Source: a virus
IMG/VR virus record: IMGVR_UViG_3300045988_034528
Direction: 5' to 3' (one strand)
Length of the DNA: 64,000 bases
The translations under genes were made by a program, and so were the position numbers. This document shows, one piece after another, positions 1-8,758 of this stretch. How positions within the stretch are numbered: position 1 is the first letter of the stretch; the number at the start of each line of letters is the position of its first letter. The notes below the pieces were generated by a model. That model was not told the DNA's origin, made no database searches, and saw only the letters and a list, made by a program, of their open reading frames with translations.

Positions 1-1165
1 AAATGTCTGTACCAATCTTAGTTCCTTCCCATGCTTCATTGATGTAGAATATCTGTTCTTCCTCTCCAGCATCCTTATCTATAACATAGGTTTCTGGGTA
101 GAAATTAAATACTTCTTCACCTGTTTGAGGGTCATAACTTCTTACCTTCTTAATCTTTCTTCTTGATTTCCAATATACTCTAAGTACTCTCAAGTTTCCA
201 GCCATATCATAAGGTAAAAGAGAATTATTTACTCCACCATAAGCACCCATAGGGTCCCAAAAGAAGTTCTCAGTGTTTATCTCATCACCTATCATATGAT
301 TATTAACAAAACCATATCTTTCATCAATATTATCCATAGAGTCTGTAGCAGCTTGACCTACATGGTCAGGCATTTTCTCTATGTACTCCATGTCCTTTTT
401 TGTCAATACATCATAATAGGTATCAATGACTTTGCCTGGACTCCAATAATCCTCAAGGATTATCATATCTGCATCCTCAATCTTATTGCTATATCCTGAC
501 TTAAAGATTCTTATCTTAAGTGGATCTAATCTCTCAATAGTAGGCTCTCCCCCTACAATATCACATTGATAAATTTCTTCACCAACTGCCATTGCATCCA
601 TAAATCCCTTATTGAACATAAGAGGAATATTATACTCCTTAATGTAATGATTAAGGAGAGCATTAGCTCTAATCTCCCTCATATCCTGCCACTCATAAGT
701 ATAATAGTCATTTATCTTTTCAAGCTCTTGGTTTGCCTCTTCTTCAGATTGAGCAGTATTAGATACCCACTCTTGTAGCTTCTGTAGTAATTCTTGCTTC
801 TTGTTATTCTCTATCTCTGTAATAGCATTAGGGTTAGTAACTACTACTTTGAAGTCAAAGACTCTCTTATTTTCCTCACCTCTAAGCACATTCAACTTAT
901 TATTCATAATAGGGTAGTGTTGAATCTTATCAGGAATAAATCCTGCTTGTAGGTTATCAGGATTAAGTATCATCTCAAGGTCACTCATGTAAAGTTTACC
1001 ATTGAGTAAGTCATAGTTTATTTTCTTATGGATTACAGATTTTCTGACTAAACTATAATTGAAGAAGGTCTTTGAATCGGCCCAATCCAAGTGAGCAGCT
1101 CTCCATTTTCTATTTTTCTTTGAAAAGGGTAACTGCTGCGATGGTAAGTTTATAAAATTACTCAT
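1..1165 (-). CDS. portal protein, N-terminal ~388 codons (gene runs off the window start)
   Basis: Absent from the supplied track because there is no stop in the window. Manual minus-strand translation from ATG 1165..1163 (MSNFINLPSQQLPFSKKNRKWRAAHLDWADSKTF...EAWEGTKIGTDI) stays open to position 1. The ATG overlaps the stop of the upstream gene (ATGAGTAA). The portal call rests on its position right after terL, as in crAss-like phages, not on a recognised motif. Confidence 0.5.
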   Translation of the reverse strand, partial: MSNFINLPSQQLPFSKKNRKWRAAHLDWADSKTFFNYSLVRKSVIHKKINYDLLNGKLYMSDLEMILNPDNLQAGFIPDKIQHYPIMNNKLNVLRGEENKRVFDFKVVVTNPNAITEIENNKKQELLQKLQEWVSNTAQSEEEANQELEKINDYYTYEWQDMREIRANALLNHYIKEYNIPLMFNKGFMDAMAVGEEIYQCDIVGGEPTIERLDPLKIRIFKSGYSNKIEDADMIILEDYWSPGKVIDTYYDVLTKKDMEYIEKMPDHVGQAATDSMDNIDERYGFVNNHMIGDEINTENFFWDPMGAYGGVNNSLLPYDMAGNLRVLRVYWKSRRKIKKVRSYDPQTGEEVFNFYPETYVIDKDAGEEEQIFYINEAWEGTKIGTDI

Positions 1166-1790
1166 ATTTCCATTTATATCCGTAAGCAGTTTTCCTCTTT
1201 CCAAGACAACAGCAACTTATATGGCTGCCTTTACCATTCAAGTGCCTTTCTGCCTCTGAAGCAGAGGAAAATCTATCAATAATATTATTATCTAAATCTA
1301 ATTGGAGTACGGCTTTGCTAAATCTCTTAATTATTAATTTTCTTGCATAATCTGAAATAGTTTTACCGTACATCCCATTATTAGAACCTCTATTAGCTAA
1401 TCCTATTTTTCTTTTAGTTTGCTCTGAGCAGGGCCTCTTTCCAGCATTACTGATTTTCCTCTTGGCTTCTTCTGTATGGTGTTTGCCCAACATACTTGGT
1501 ATGCTATTTTCTCCGCCATCAGTAATATTGTAACTCAAGTTTCTGCTCTTATAGTATTTAACCAAAGTCTTCTCCAAGAATAAAGCATTATCCTTACAAG
1601 TTTTACAAAGTACTATATGCTTAAAGTTGTCCCAACCATATTTTAGTATTGTATTATAAAACTTTTTGCACTTAGTATATCCATGCCCATTTTTCCATCT
1701 CTTATATACATTCTGATTTGTAATACCAACATATACTTTCTTATTCTTAGGATTTATATGCAGATATACCGTGTGTGTCTTATCTTCCAT
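1158..1790 (-). CDS. GIY-YIG homing endonuclease (I-TevI-like, with NUMOD3-type repeats and a C-terminal HTH)
   Basis: N-terminus TVYLHINPKNKKVYVGIT...YKRW...GHGY fits GIY-YIG. Repeated GKHHTEEAKRKIS / SEQTKRKIGLANRG / NGMYGK fit NUMOD3-like motifs. The C-terminus FSSASEAERHL...CCLGKRKTAYGYKWKY matches the HNH genes in this window. Free-standing between terL and portal. Confidence 0.85.
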   Translation of the reverse strand: MEDKTHTVYLHINPKNKKVYVGITNQNVYKRWKNGHGYTKCKKFYNTILKYGWDNFKHIVLCKTCKDNALFLEKTLVKYYKSRNLSYNITDGGENSIPSMLGKHHTEEAKRKISNAGKRPCSEQTKRKIGLANRGSNNGMYGKTISDYARKLIIKRFSKAVLQLDLDNNIIDRFSSASEAERHLNGKGSHISCCCLGKRKTAYGYKWKYE

Positions 1791-1810
1791 ACTTCAATAT
1801 ATTTGATATG

Positions 1811-1842
1811 CAAAGGTAACTAAAATAGTTAATCTATACAAG
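1811..1842 (-). promoter_or_regulatory. Bacteroides-type promoter upstream of the GIY-YIG gene
   Basis: The minus strand reads CTTG-N20-TACCTTTG followed by CA, about 20 nt upstream of the ATG at 1790. Matches the TTTG / TAnnTTTG consensus of Bacteroides primary-sigma promoters. Confidence 0.55.
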
Positions 1843-1886
1843 ACTATAAATGATTTACTAAGCAATAAGTCTTATTTTTACTAAAT

Positions 1887-4800
1887 TTACTGCCTAAATC
1901 TAGAATCATAGTTTCTCTTGAAGAAGGGGTCATTCCCATCATAGCTACTATTAGCTATTTCTTGCTTCTCTTTGCTAACATCTCCCTGATACCTTATCAT
2001 TCTATCTTCTCTTAGGAGCATCAACATGCCCATAGCAGATATTCTATCAAAGTTGCCTTCAGAGTTGTAATTAATAAGTTCTTTCAATAGTGCCCTGTTC
2101 CTTACAGTAAATAACCTTGGAACCATCACTTCTTTCTCTTCTCCATCAATAATCTGCACAATAGGAACTGGGGCTAATAACCAGCTTCTCAATCTACTCC
2201 TTGCATAGATATTAATGGCAGGAGAGGCATTAGTACCCTTGCTGTTATGAGTAGTAATAAAATCTCCTATAAGGTAACAAGAGTCTTTTGCATCAACAGT
2301 AACACATTTAGCTTGTTCTTTACCTACATATCTTATATCAAGTATTCCTGTTTTATAAGCTCTATTCTTTGTAACAGATTGCTTTATATATTTTCTTTGA
2401 AGCTTAAATAGTATAATATCTGTATAAAAAATAATCTTATAGTAGTCCCCATAAGAATTATGAAGTACCTGTCTATTACAATTTATACCTAGACTTCTCG
2501 CTACTTCCATGATGTCACTACTTAACTGAACAGAGCAAGTGGAATATTCAGGATTTCCTCCATATCCTATATGCCCATCAGTGTCTAATAACCCCTGAAG
2601 TAGAGAAAGTCTATTTTCCCTACTATTGTACTTGTAAGTATCTGGTATAAATTTTGTATGGGAAGTTTTATCTAAAAGGCAATACTCTTCCAATATTTTT
2701 CCTATATTAGGCACAATCCACCTATGGTGCCTATCATCATAGGTCTTTACCCTAAATGGGACATTTTTCTTATATGTTTCTAAATCTTGTAGAGTAGAGG
2801 TAAAATATGCTTGATGATGTCTTGATTGTGTAAAACACCCATCCCCCAACATAATTCCCATAAAATATGCGGGCAGCTTTATTTCTTGTTCTCTAAAATC
2901 TATCCCAGAATTTTTTGGGATGTAGTATTTACACTCCTTGTATTTCCCTCTAACTCTGTAATAACCTTTTAATAAATCTTTTGTACTAAGTATCTTTTTC
3001 TTATTATTCCCATTTATTACTTCCCATAAATGATTTTCTGAACATCTTACCCTTCTACCATCTTTAAGAGTTATTTCATATATATCAGTAATATTATCAA
3101 AAGGAATATCCAGTACTTTAGTAACTCCTCCATAAGTATTATATAACAAATCACCTATTTGTATATCTCCCCATTTCTTAATTCCATTAGGGGTATAAAC
3201 CTTTTCTGAATACGGATGAGCCTTGTTACCATAGCCATCCTTCATCATCTGCTTTTCCTTTAAGAAATCAAGAACATCTGTAAGAAGATAAAGACTATTT
3301 CTTGTCGAAAAGTGAGAAAACAAGCCTTTCTTATTATACTCATAATTCAATCTACCATTGTAGAATAGACAAAGTTTTCTACAAATCTCATAATAATCAT
3401 CAGCAAAAGATGGTCTTCCAGTGTACTCAGCTACTATCCTATCTGTCCATAAGTCCAATACAAATATAGAACCTAAAGACATGGTATTTGATTCATCATC
3501 ATCATAGGGGTCAGCTCCTAATATATACCTATCATTATATGGCTTACCTGTATTCTTATCAATCTCAGGCATTTGAAAGATTTCTATAGCACCTTCAATT
3601 TTATTATCTTTATGTGGAAAATCTCTAATAGGCATAGCAGAAGTAGGCTTATACTCTACTTGACCATCTTTATTAAATACCAAATCACCTACATAGACAT
3701 CATCATATTCAGTAGGATTAGCATCTAATTGACCTACTCTTTCAGTCAGGTCAGCTACAGGGAACATATTTACACCTGTCTTAACAATAGCCTCAGCAGG
3801 AGTAATAGGAACCTCAGCAATGGTCTTAATGATAGTATTAGGGTCAGTAGAATTGTACTTTACTCTGTACCTATTCATAAGAATCTCAATAAGAGCCTTA
3901 ATTACATCAGATACACCATTCTCATTATAGCATCCCTTTCTATTTACATAGCCAGGAAAGAAGAATACAAAGTAAGGTTTACCTTGGTTGTACTTATCAT
4001 ATACATTAGGTAAAGCATACATATTATAACCTTTTGGGTTATACATAATTTCTTGAGCACCAGCAAAGTCTGATTCATTATCACCAGCAGTACCCAACAT
4101 ATAGATTTGACCAAAGACAATATCACCTTCCTGTACTGAAGGTAATAATACATTATACAAGTCTACAAGTCTTGGGAATGTACCAAACTCCTCAATAAGA
4201 ATCTTAGCAGCTCTCTTACCTCTCAACTTAGACTCATCATCCTTAGATGATACCCCAAGTACTGTATTTTGAGTACCTCTTTCAATATCAAGGTCTACAT
4301 CCTTGTACCCCATTATCCATGTCATTTCCTGCAAAGAGTTCTTTAATCTCTTTCTTGGAAACTGGGTATTGGTTGCACAGAAATTAGCCATGTCCACAAA
4401 CTTGTTAAGGACACCATCCTTAGTAAGGTACTCTTTCTGATAAGCAGTTACTATACCCTTTACCTTATCATGTGCTTCTTCATTTTCACCTACTACAAAG
4501 ATATGGTTAAGAATAGAAGCAAGACTATATGACTTACCCTTACCTCTAGAAGCAAGCTCAGCCATATGCTGACCTCCCTCAAAGTTATTGTATAAACCAC
4601 CATTTGATGCTTGGTCTAAGCAATGGAATCTCCAATAGATTCCTTCCCAACACTCAGGTAATGCTTCTACTCTATCAGCTCTTTTAGACTTTCTCTTTTT
4701 ACCATTCTTATCCTTATACTCTCTAATTTTAGAGAGCATCATAGGAGAATAATTAAGGAACCAGTACATATAACCTGTAACCCATTCTCCATCACTTTCC

Positions 4801-5165
4801 CTCACATAACCATCCCAGACTCTTCTTTTTTCCTCTCTTATCCATTTACCATACTCACTATTAGGATTGGCATTAGGTCTAAGATTAGTAAATGTACCAT
4901 ACTTCTCATAATGTAAAGCAGATGGTCTGAAATAGTCCATATTCTCAAGTATGTGAGGATTAATCAAGTCCACAATGATTCTATCTCTATCATCTCTTGG
5001 TCTATCCTTGGCATGTTCTCTTGTAGGACTTATCAATCTCTTGACAAATTCTACATTATTTATAATATCAAATAACTGGTCCTGAACTTCCTGAGGAAGG
5101 CTATTAACCAATTCTTCAGTTAGCTCAGTCTGATATTCATTCATTGGTATTCTTTGAAAATCCAT
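1887..5165 (-). CDS. terL: terminase large subunit, interrupted by an in-frame intein
   Basis: 1092-aa ORF. Walker A-like LASRGKGKSYS, Walker B-like KILIEEFG, nuclease-type acidic cluster ILGADPYDDDE. Removing the 322-aa intein leaves a ~770-aa extein. An alternative start at M8 (5144) would reduce the overlap with the upstream ORF. Confidence 0.9.
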   Translation of the reverse strand: MDFQRIPMNEYQTELTEELVNSLPQEVQDQLFDIINNVEFVKRLISPTREHAKDRPRDDRDRIIVDLINPHILENMDYFRPSALHYEKYGTFTNLRPNANPNSEYGKWIREEKRRVWDGYVRESDGEWVTGYMYWFLNYSPMMLSKIREYKDKNGKKRKSKRADRVEALPECWEGIYWRFHCLDQASNGGLYNNFEGGQHMAELASRGKGKSYSLASILNHIFVVGENEEAHDKVKGIVTAYQKEYLTKDGVLNKFVDMANFCATNTQFPRKRLKNSLQEMTWIMGYKDVDLDIERGTQNTVLGVSSKDDESKLRGKRAAKILIEEFGTFPRLVDLYNVLLPSVQEGDIVFGQIYMLGTAGDNESDFAGAQEIMYNPKGYNMYALPNVYDKYNQGKPYFVFFFPGYVNRKGCYNENGVSDVIKALIEILMNRYRVKYNSTDPNTIIKTIAEVPITPAEAIVKTGVNMFPVADLTERVGQLDANPTEYDDVYVGDLVFNKDGQVEYKPTSAMPIRDFPHKDNKIEGAIEIFQMPEIDKNTGKPYNDRYILGADPYDDDESNTMSLGSIFVLDLWTDRIVAEYTGRPSFADDYYEICRKLCLFYNGRLNYEYNKKGLFSHFSTRNSLYLLTDVLDFLKEKQMMKDGYGNKAHPYSEKVYTPNGIKKWGDIQIGDLLYNTYGGVTKVLDIPFDNITDIYEITLKDGRRVRCSENHLWEVINGNNKKKILSTKDLLKGYYRVRGKYKECKYYIPKNSGIDFREQEIKLPAYFMGIMLGDGCFTQSRHHQAYFTSTLQDLETYKKNVPFRVKTYDDRHHRWIVPNIGKILEEYCLLDKTSHTKFIPDTYKYNSRENRLSLLQGLLDTDGHIGYGGNPEYSTCSVQLSSDIMEVARSLGINCNRQVLHNSYGDYYKIIFYTDIILFKLQRKYIKQSVTKNRAYKTGILDIRYVGKEQAKCVTVDAKDSCYLIGDFITTHNSKGTNASPAINIYARSRLRSWLLAPVPIVQIIDGEEKEVMVPRLFTVRNRALLKELINYNSEGNFDRISAMGMLMLLREDRMIRYQGDVSKEKQEIANSSYDGNDPFFKRNYDSRFRQ
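2244..3209 (-). mobile_element. intein (322 aa) with a LAGLIDADG homing endonuclease domain inside terL
   Basis: Block A-like start S-EKVYTPNGIKKWGDIQIGDLL (Ser1 codon 3209..3207). Block B RVRCSENHLW (TxxH-like). Two LAGLIDADG motifs: YFMGIMLGDGCF and LLQGLLDTDGHIG. Terminal ...CYLIGDFITTHN followed by +1 Ser (Asn codon 2246..2244). Confidence 0.8.
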
Positions 5166-5490
5166 TATATTCTCCCTTTATTACTTCTTCATAGAAATCA
5201 GAGCCTATCCAATTAAATATAAGATGACATAATTCAGTGTTTATATACTGTTGCATAGATTCCTCTTGCCCTTCTAGTACTTTATCAGAATGACTAAGTG
5301 AAATAACTATATGTCTATTCTTTCCTTTAACAAACCATAGAATAGCCTTATATGTTTTGTAGGCTTTGAAAGTAGGATGAGGCTCTATTACTTTTTGCAA
5401 TATTAGGTGCCCTTTAGATGAAATGCTTCTCTCCCTTCTCCTATCTTCAATATGTCTATTAAGTCCTTCTACTATATCTTCTGCTTTCAT
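5137..5490 (-). CDS. hypothetical protein
   Basis: 117-aa ORF. Its stop overlaps the terL start region (ATGAATGA), and its start overlaps the stop of the upstream ORF. No recognised motif. Confidence 0.6.
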   Translation of the reverse strand: MKAEDIVEGLNRHIEDRRRERSISSKGHLILQKVIEPHPTFKAYKTYKAILWFVKGKNRHIVISLSHSDKVLEGQEESMQQYINTELCHLIFNWIGSDFYEEVIKGEYNGFSKNTNE

Positions 5491-6050
5491 ACGTAATTCA
5501 TAAAATAAACACTAGTACTATCCTTCTTCAGGTTATCATTGATAACAGGATTATGTTTCTTTGCCCATCTTTTAATAGTAGAAAAGAAATTACCCCTTTT
5601 AATATTTTCCCAAAATGAAAGATTAGATAACCAAGGAATATAAGTATAATCTTTTATTATAGGGTCTCTATTTATTATAATTATCCATCCTCTTTTAATA
5701 CCAGCAAAAGATAAATTAGGGTAAAAATTTAAACAAGCATTTACCTCTTTAATAAAGAGAATTTCATCATTATAGTTTCCTTTTTCTAAAAGTATTCTTA
5801 CTTTAAGAGGTACAAAAGTATTTAAAATATGCTCTATAGAATAAAAAGTTTTATTAAAATCTACAAGACCATGACATACTCTCCACTTACATTCTTTATA
5901 ATCTCTTGTAATTCTAATATCAAAATAAGTCACTCCTAATGTAATTTGTTCTGATATACTTTTAGTTTGAGTTCTCCATAAAAATGAAAATAAATTAAAT
6001 ATTTTCTTTTTAGGAGGTAAATAAGTGTAACTATTATGTGTTCCTATCAT
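5487..6050 (-). CDS. PI-PLC X-box-like (PLC-like phosphodiesterase) protein
   Basis: MIGTHNSYTY ... SISEQITLGVTYFDIRIT ... WRVCHGLVDF ... VRILLEKG reproduces the X-domain pattern (G/S)(T/S)HNxY, QLxxGvRyfDiRi and a catalytic HG. Confidence 0.6.
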   Translation of the reverse strand: MIGTHNSYTYLPPKKKIFNLFSFLWRTQTKSISEQITLGVTYFDIRITRDYKECKWRVCHGLVDFNKTFYSIEHILNTFVPLKVRILLEKGNYNDEILFIKEVNACLNFYPNLSFAGIKRGWIIIINRDPIIKDYTYIPWLSNLSFWENIKRGNFFSTIKRWAKKHNPVINDNLKKDSTSVYFMNYV

Positions 6051-6586
6051 AGTGTTAAATCATCTTCAAAGATTGTTTTTTCTCCAGAACCCCTCATCTT
6101 ACCTGAACTCTTCATCTCAGAATTAAGTGCTTTTTCAGCTTCATCTAAGTCCTTTACAAGAGGAGGTATTTGCTTTATAAGAGCACCTACTTCTTTCAAG
6201 TCTTTAATCTCTAGGTCATCAAATTCTTGAGCCTTTAATCTCTTTCTATATTTATCAACCATAAATCTTGTGTCTTCAAGGAGTAAAGCAGATATAGGTT
6301 TGAATGACATATAGAAATTCATAGCTTCTGTGACTACCTTGTCAGGTTGCCATTTAGGAGGTAATCCTTCTCCCTCTTTAATAGCTTCCATTCTTTCCTT
6401 ATCATCTACAAGATATTGATAGTCACTTCTAGGATCACAGAAAAAATAAATGAATCCAAGTTCCATTATAGCCTTATCCTTATTAACAGTCTTATCTCTT
6501 TGCCATATTTGTCTGAAAGGTTTAAGAGCAAAGGCTTCCTCAGATATTACTATCTTGTAACCCTCATATTTGAACAATTTTATCAT
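6047..6586 (-). CDS. hypothetical protein (conserved-looking head/packaging module gene)
   Basis: 179-aa ORF with an ATGA-type overlap with the downstream gene. Charged, helical C-terminal half. No motif recognised. Confidence 0.65.
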   Translation of the reverse strand: MIKLFKYEGYKIVISEEAFALKPFRQIWQRDKTVNKDKAIMELGFIYFFCDPRSDYQYLVDDKERMEAIKEGEGLPPKWQPDKVVTEAMNFYMSFKPISALLLEDTRFMVDKYRKRLKAQEFDDLEIKDLKEVGALIKQIPPLVKDLDEAEKALNSEMKSSGKMRGSGEKTIFEDDLTL

Positions 6587-6641
6587 AATCTAAGAAAAAA
6601 AGAGTGTATCAAGATTAATTTTCCTGATACACTCCTTTGAG

Positions 6642-7064
6642 TTATACAATTAATTTCTTCTTCTCTGGTTGAATGATTGATGAAGGAGTTGGGTCAGGAA
6701 TTTCTTCCCATTCTTCAATAATAAAGTCAATATCTCTATCTTGAAGCAATAAGCACTGCTTCCCATCCATTTCTACCACATCAAAGTTATAAGTAGTAAC
6801 AGGGTTATCTGTCACAACCCCATCTTTCAATGAGCCTGCTTGGTGCTTTCTCACTGCAAATCTTGTAGGATTAACACATACTATATCACCTACTTTAATA
6901 TCTCTTACAGAACTACCTACTGCAAGTACTTTCTGATACTCTTTAAGTCCACCTTGCTGTCTAGAGGTATCTATAAGACCTCCAATCTTTACATCCTGCT
7001 CATACTTATCCATAGTGGCTATGAGTGATGTAAACATTGGCTTTATCTTCTTAACTTTAAGCAT
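6642..7064 (-). CDS. GroES/gp31-like co-chaperonin (Cpn10 fold) candidate
   Basis: IKPMFTSLIATM...VKIGGLIDTS...YQKVLAVGSSVRDIKVGDIVCVNP...CLLLQDRDIDFIIEE follows the Cpn10 pattern (kPlgDrvl...GGi...g.VvAVG...vkvGD.V...dIla). Confidence 0.5.
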   Translation of the reverse strand: MLKVKKIKPMFTSLIATMDKYEQDVKIGGLIDTSRQQGGLKEYQKVLAVGSSVRDIKVGDIVCVNPTRFAVRKHQAGSLKDGVVTDNPVTTYNFDVVEMDGKQCLLLQDRDIDFIIEEWEEIPDPTPSSIIQPEKKKLIV

Positions 7065-7329
7065 TCTTCTCCCTAATTTGCTTGATTAAATTATATCTCT
7101 TTTTCATACCTAACATCCTATCATAAGTACAAGTTAGTTTACCCAGTGATGGAATGTTGAAATTGGTTCTTAACTTAGTAAAATCCTCTCCATTAAGATT
7201 TTCCTTTAATGGTAAGGATTGTATATGGTTTTTTATGAATAACCAGTATGCTTTATATGTTTTATCTACCACTTCCTTTGGTAAATTCAACTCTCTAGAT
7301 ACCTTACCTACTATATCAGGATAACTCAT
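7057..7329 (-). CDS. hypothetical small protein (possible HU/IHF-like DNA-binding fold)
   Basis: 90-aa ORF. The N-terminal helical segment IVGKVSRELNLPKEVVDKTYKAYWLFIKNHI and FNIPSLGKLT weakly resemble HU/IHF. crAss-like phages carry IHF-like genes near terL. Weak call. Confidence 0.3.
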   Translation of the reverse strand: MSYPDIVGKVSRELNLPKEVVDKTYKAYWLFIKNHIQSLPLKENLNGEDFTKLRTNFNIPSLGKLTCTYDRMLGMKKRYNLIKQIREKNA

Positions 7330-7709
7330 TTCAATTCAAAAAGTAACAATAGCTGGAAGTAACCAGTTTCTTCATCAATGTTAGGTATAAATCTAGGATT
7401 TATCTTACCATCAATAATAACCTTATTCTTCCTTAGCTTGCCCATAATTACTTGAAAGTGTGGAAGAGTGATATTACACTCTTCCCTTACTTTCTTTTTT
7501 GTGTCCTCACTCATGATAACCTTATCAAGGATATTGTCATCCTTAATAACCTTACTGAGCTGGTATCTTTGCTTTACAAAAGCAGTAATTACGTCAATCT
7601 CTCTATTTGTTAGATTATGAAAAGGCTGTAGAAATTCAAACCAATATCTAAAGAACTTACCATTTAATGAAGTGGGTATTCGGACGATGTTATTTGCTTT
7701 CTTAATCAT
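7326..7709 (-). CDS. hypothetical protein
   Basis: The track ORF is 7326..7769. The internal ATG at 7709 (MIKKANNIVRIP...) overlaps the HNH stop as ATGATTAA and is the likelier start. Confidence 0.6.
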   Translation of the reverse strand: MIKKANNIVRIPTSLNGKFFRYWFEFLQPFHNLTNREIDVITAFVKQRYQLSKVIKDDNILDKVIMSEDTKKKVREECNITLPHFQVIMGKLRKNKVIIDGKINPRFIPNIDEETGYFQLLLLFELK

Positions 7710-8197
7710 CTTTATATTTCCATTTATACCCTCCAGCAGAAATCCTCTCTCCTCTACAACAAGTGGCAATATTTCTGTGTGAGATGCCTGTTTGCTTTGA
7801 AGCCTGAGATGTAGAATAATATTCAGCTATAGGCTCATTAAATATAGTCAGTTGGATAACTCTTTTTCCTAAAGCTCTAGATATTCTCTCATTCCTGCTG
7901 CCATAATTATTGTTATCCTTTGAAGATAACATTTCAAGATTTTCTACCCTATTATCAGTTTTAACTTCATTCCTGTGATTCACTTGCAAATCATCAGAGT
8001 AATTAAGTAAGAAAGATTTAGCTACTAATCTATGTATAGTGGATGTTTTGACTTTTCTATCCTTCTGAAAGGACTACTTTCAAATAGCCGTCTTCAGTAA
8101 ATGCAGGTTTTAATATTCTAACACTTCTTACCCTACCAAGATTAGAGACTTGATATAATCCATTATATCCTTCTATATCTCTCCACTCTTCCTTCAT
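7702..8197 (-). pseudogene. HNH homing endonuclease disrupted by a 1-nt frameshift
   Basis: From ATG 8197 the sequence reads MKEEWRDIEGYNGLYQVSNLGRVRSVRILKPAFTEDGYLKVVLSEG, then stops (TAG 8059..8057). The next frame continues (S)FQKDRKVKTSTIHRLVAKSFL...QVNHRNEVKTDNRVENLEM...GGYKWKY. Deleting one T of the T-run (plus-strand A-run 8068..8070) restores a single ORF colinear with the intact paralog at 25295..25855. Confidence 0.75.
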
Positions 8198-8205
8198 AAT
8201 AGTAA

Positions 8206-8520
8206 TTACTTCTTATCTTCAATCTCTGGCCCCTCTTCTTGCTCTGGAACTATCATTAAACTCTCAATCTCAGCAATACACTTTTCAAGAAAGTCTTGCT
8301 TAAACATATGTCCATTCTCTACTACTTTGAACAAGTAATCAAGTCTCTTGAACATATTGGTCATATTCAGCTCCTGCAACTTTGCAAACAGCTGTCTGTT
8401 TTGTTCACTAAGCTGATGGGCAACATTCTCAAGCTGCTCATAAGACATCTTTTCAGGCCTCTGTACTTGAGACTTCATTTCCACAACTTTCTTCTTTTGC
8501 TCTTCCATTTTAATATTCAT
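8206..8520 (-). CDS. hypothetical coiled-coil protein
   Basis: 104-aa ORF, highly charged and helical (QLENVAHQLSEQNRQLFAKLQEL). Confidence 0.6.
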   Translation of the reverse strand: MNIKMEEQKKKVVEMKSQVQRPEKMSYEQLENVAHQLSEQNRQLFAKLQELNMTNMFKRLDYLFKVVENGHMFKQDFLEKCIAEIESLMIVPEQEEGPEIEDKK

Positions 8521-8758
8521 CTAAGTAATTATGACCGAATTTATTCCTATAGAGATTCTCCCATTCCTCTATAGAACATTCTACTATATCAGTAGACCCA
8601 CAATTATCACAGTATTCTGAGTCTTTCATATCTAGAACATGCCTTACATTCAATGATAAACAATGCTTGCAGTAAAATACTGGCTCACTATTGTAATCAT
8701 TATGCGGTTTTCCTTTGTCTGTGCTTAAGTTGCTCATATATTCTCTTCTTCTCATCAT
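8510..8758 (-). CDS. hypothetical zinc-ribbon protein
   Basis: CKHC...(19 aa)...CDNC arrangement. The start is uncertain (alternative MSNLSTD at 8737). Confidence 0.55.
   Translation of the reverse strand: MMRRREYMSNLSTDKGKPHNDYNSEPVFYCKHCLSLNVRHVLDMKDSEYCDNCGSTDIVECSIEEWENLYRNKFGHNYLDEY

Noticed and set aside
296-778. Two plus-strand track ORFs (67 and 70 aa)
   Set aside because: They lie antisense to a continuous 388-codon minus-strand reading frame (the portal N-terminus). They have low-complexity, hydrophobic, shadow-like sequences.
3729-4153. ORFs 3729..4013 (+) and 3944..4153 (-) inside terL
   Set aside because: They are embedded in the terL coding region, in other frames or on the other strand. 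terL has clear motifs and these have none.
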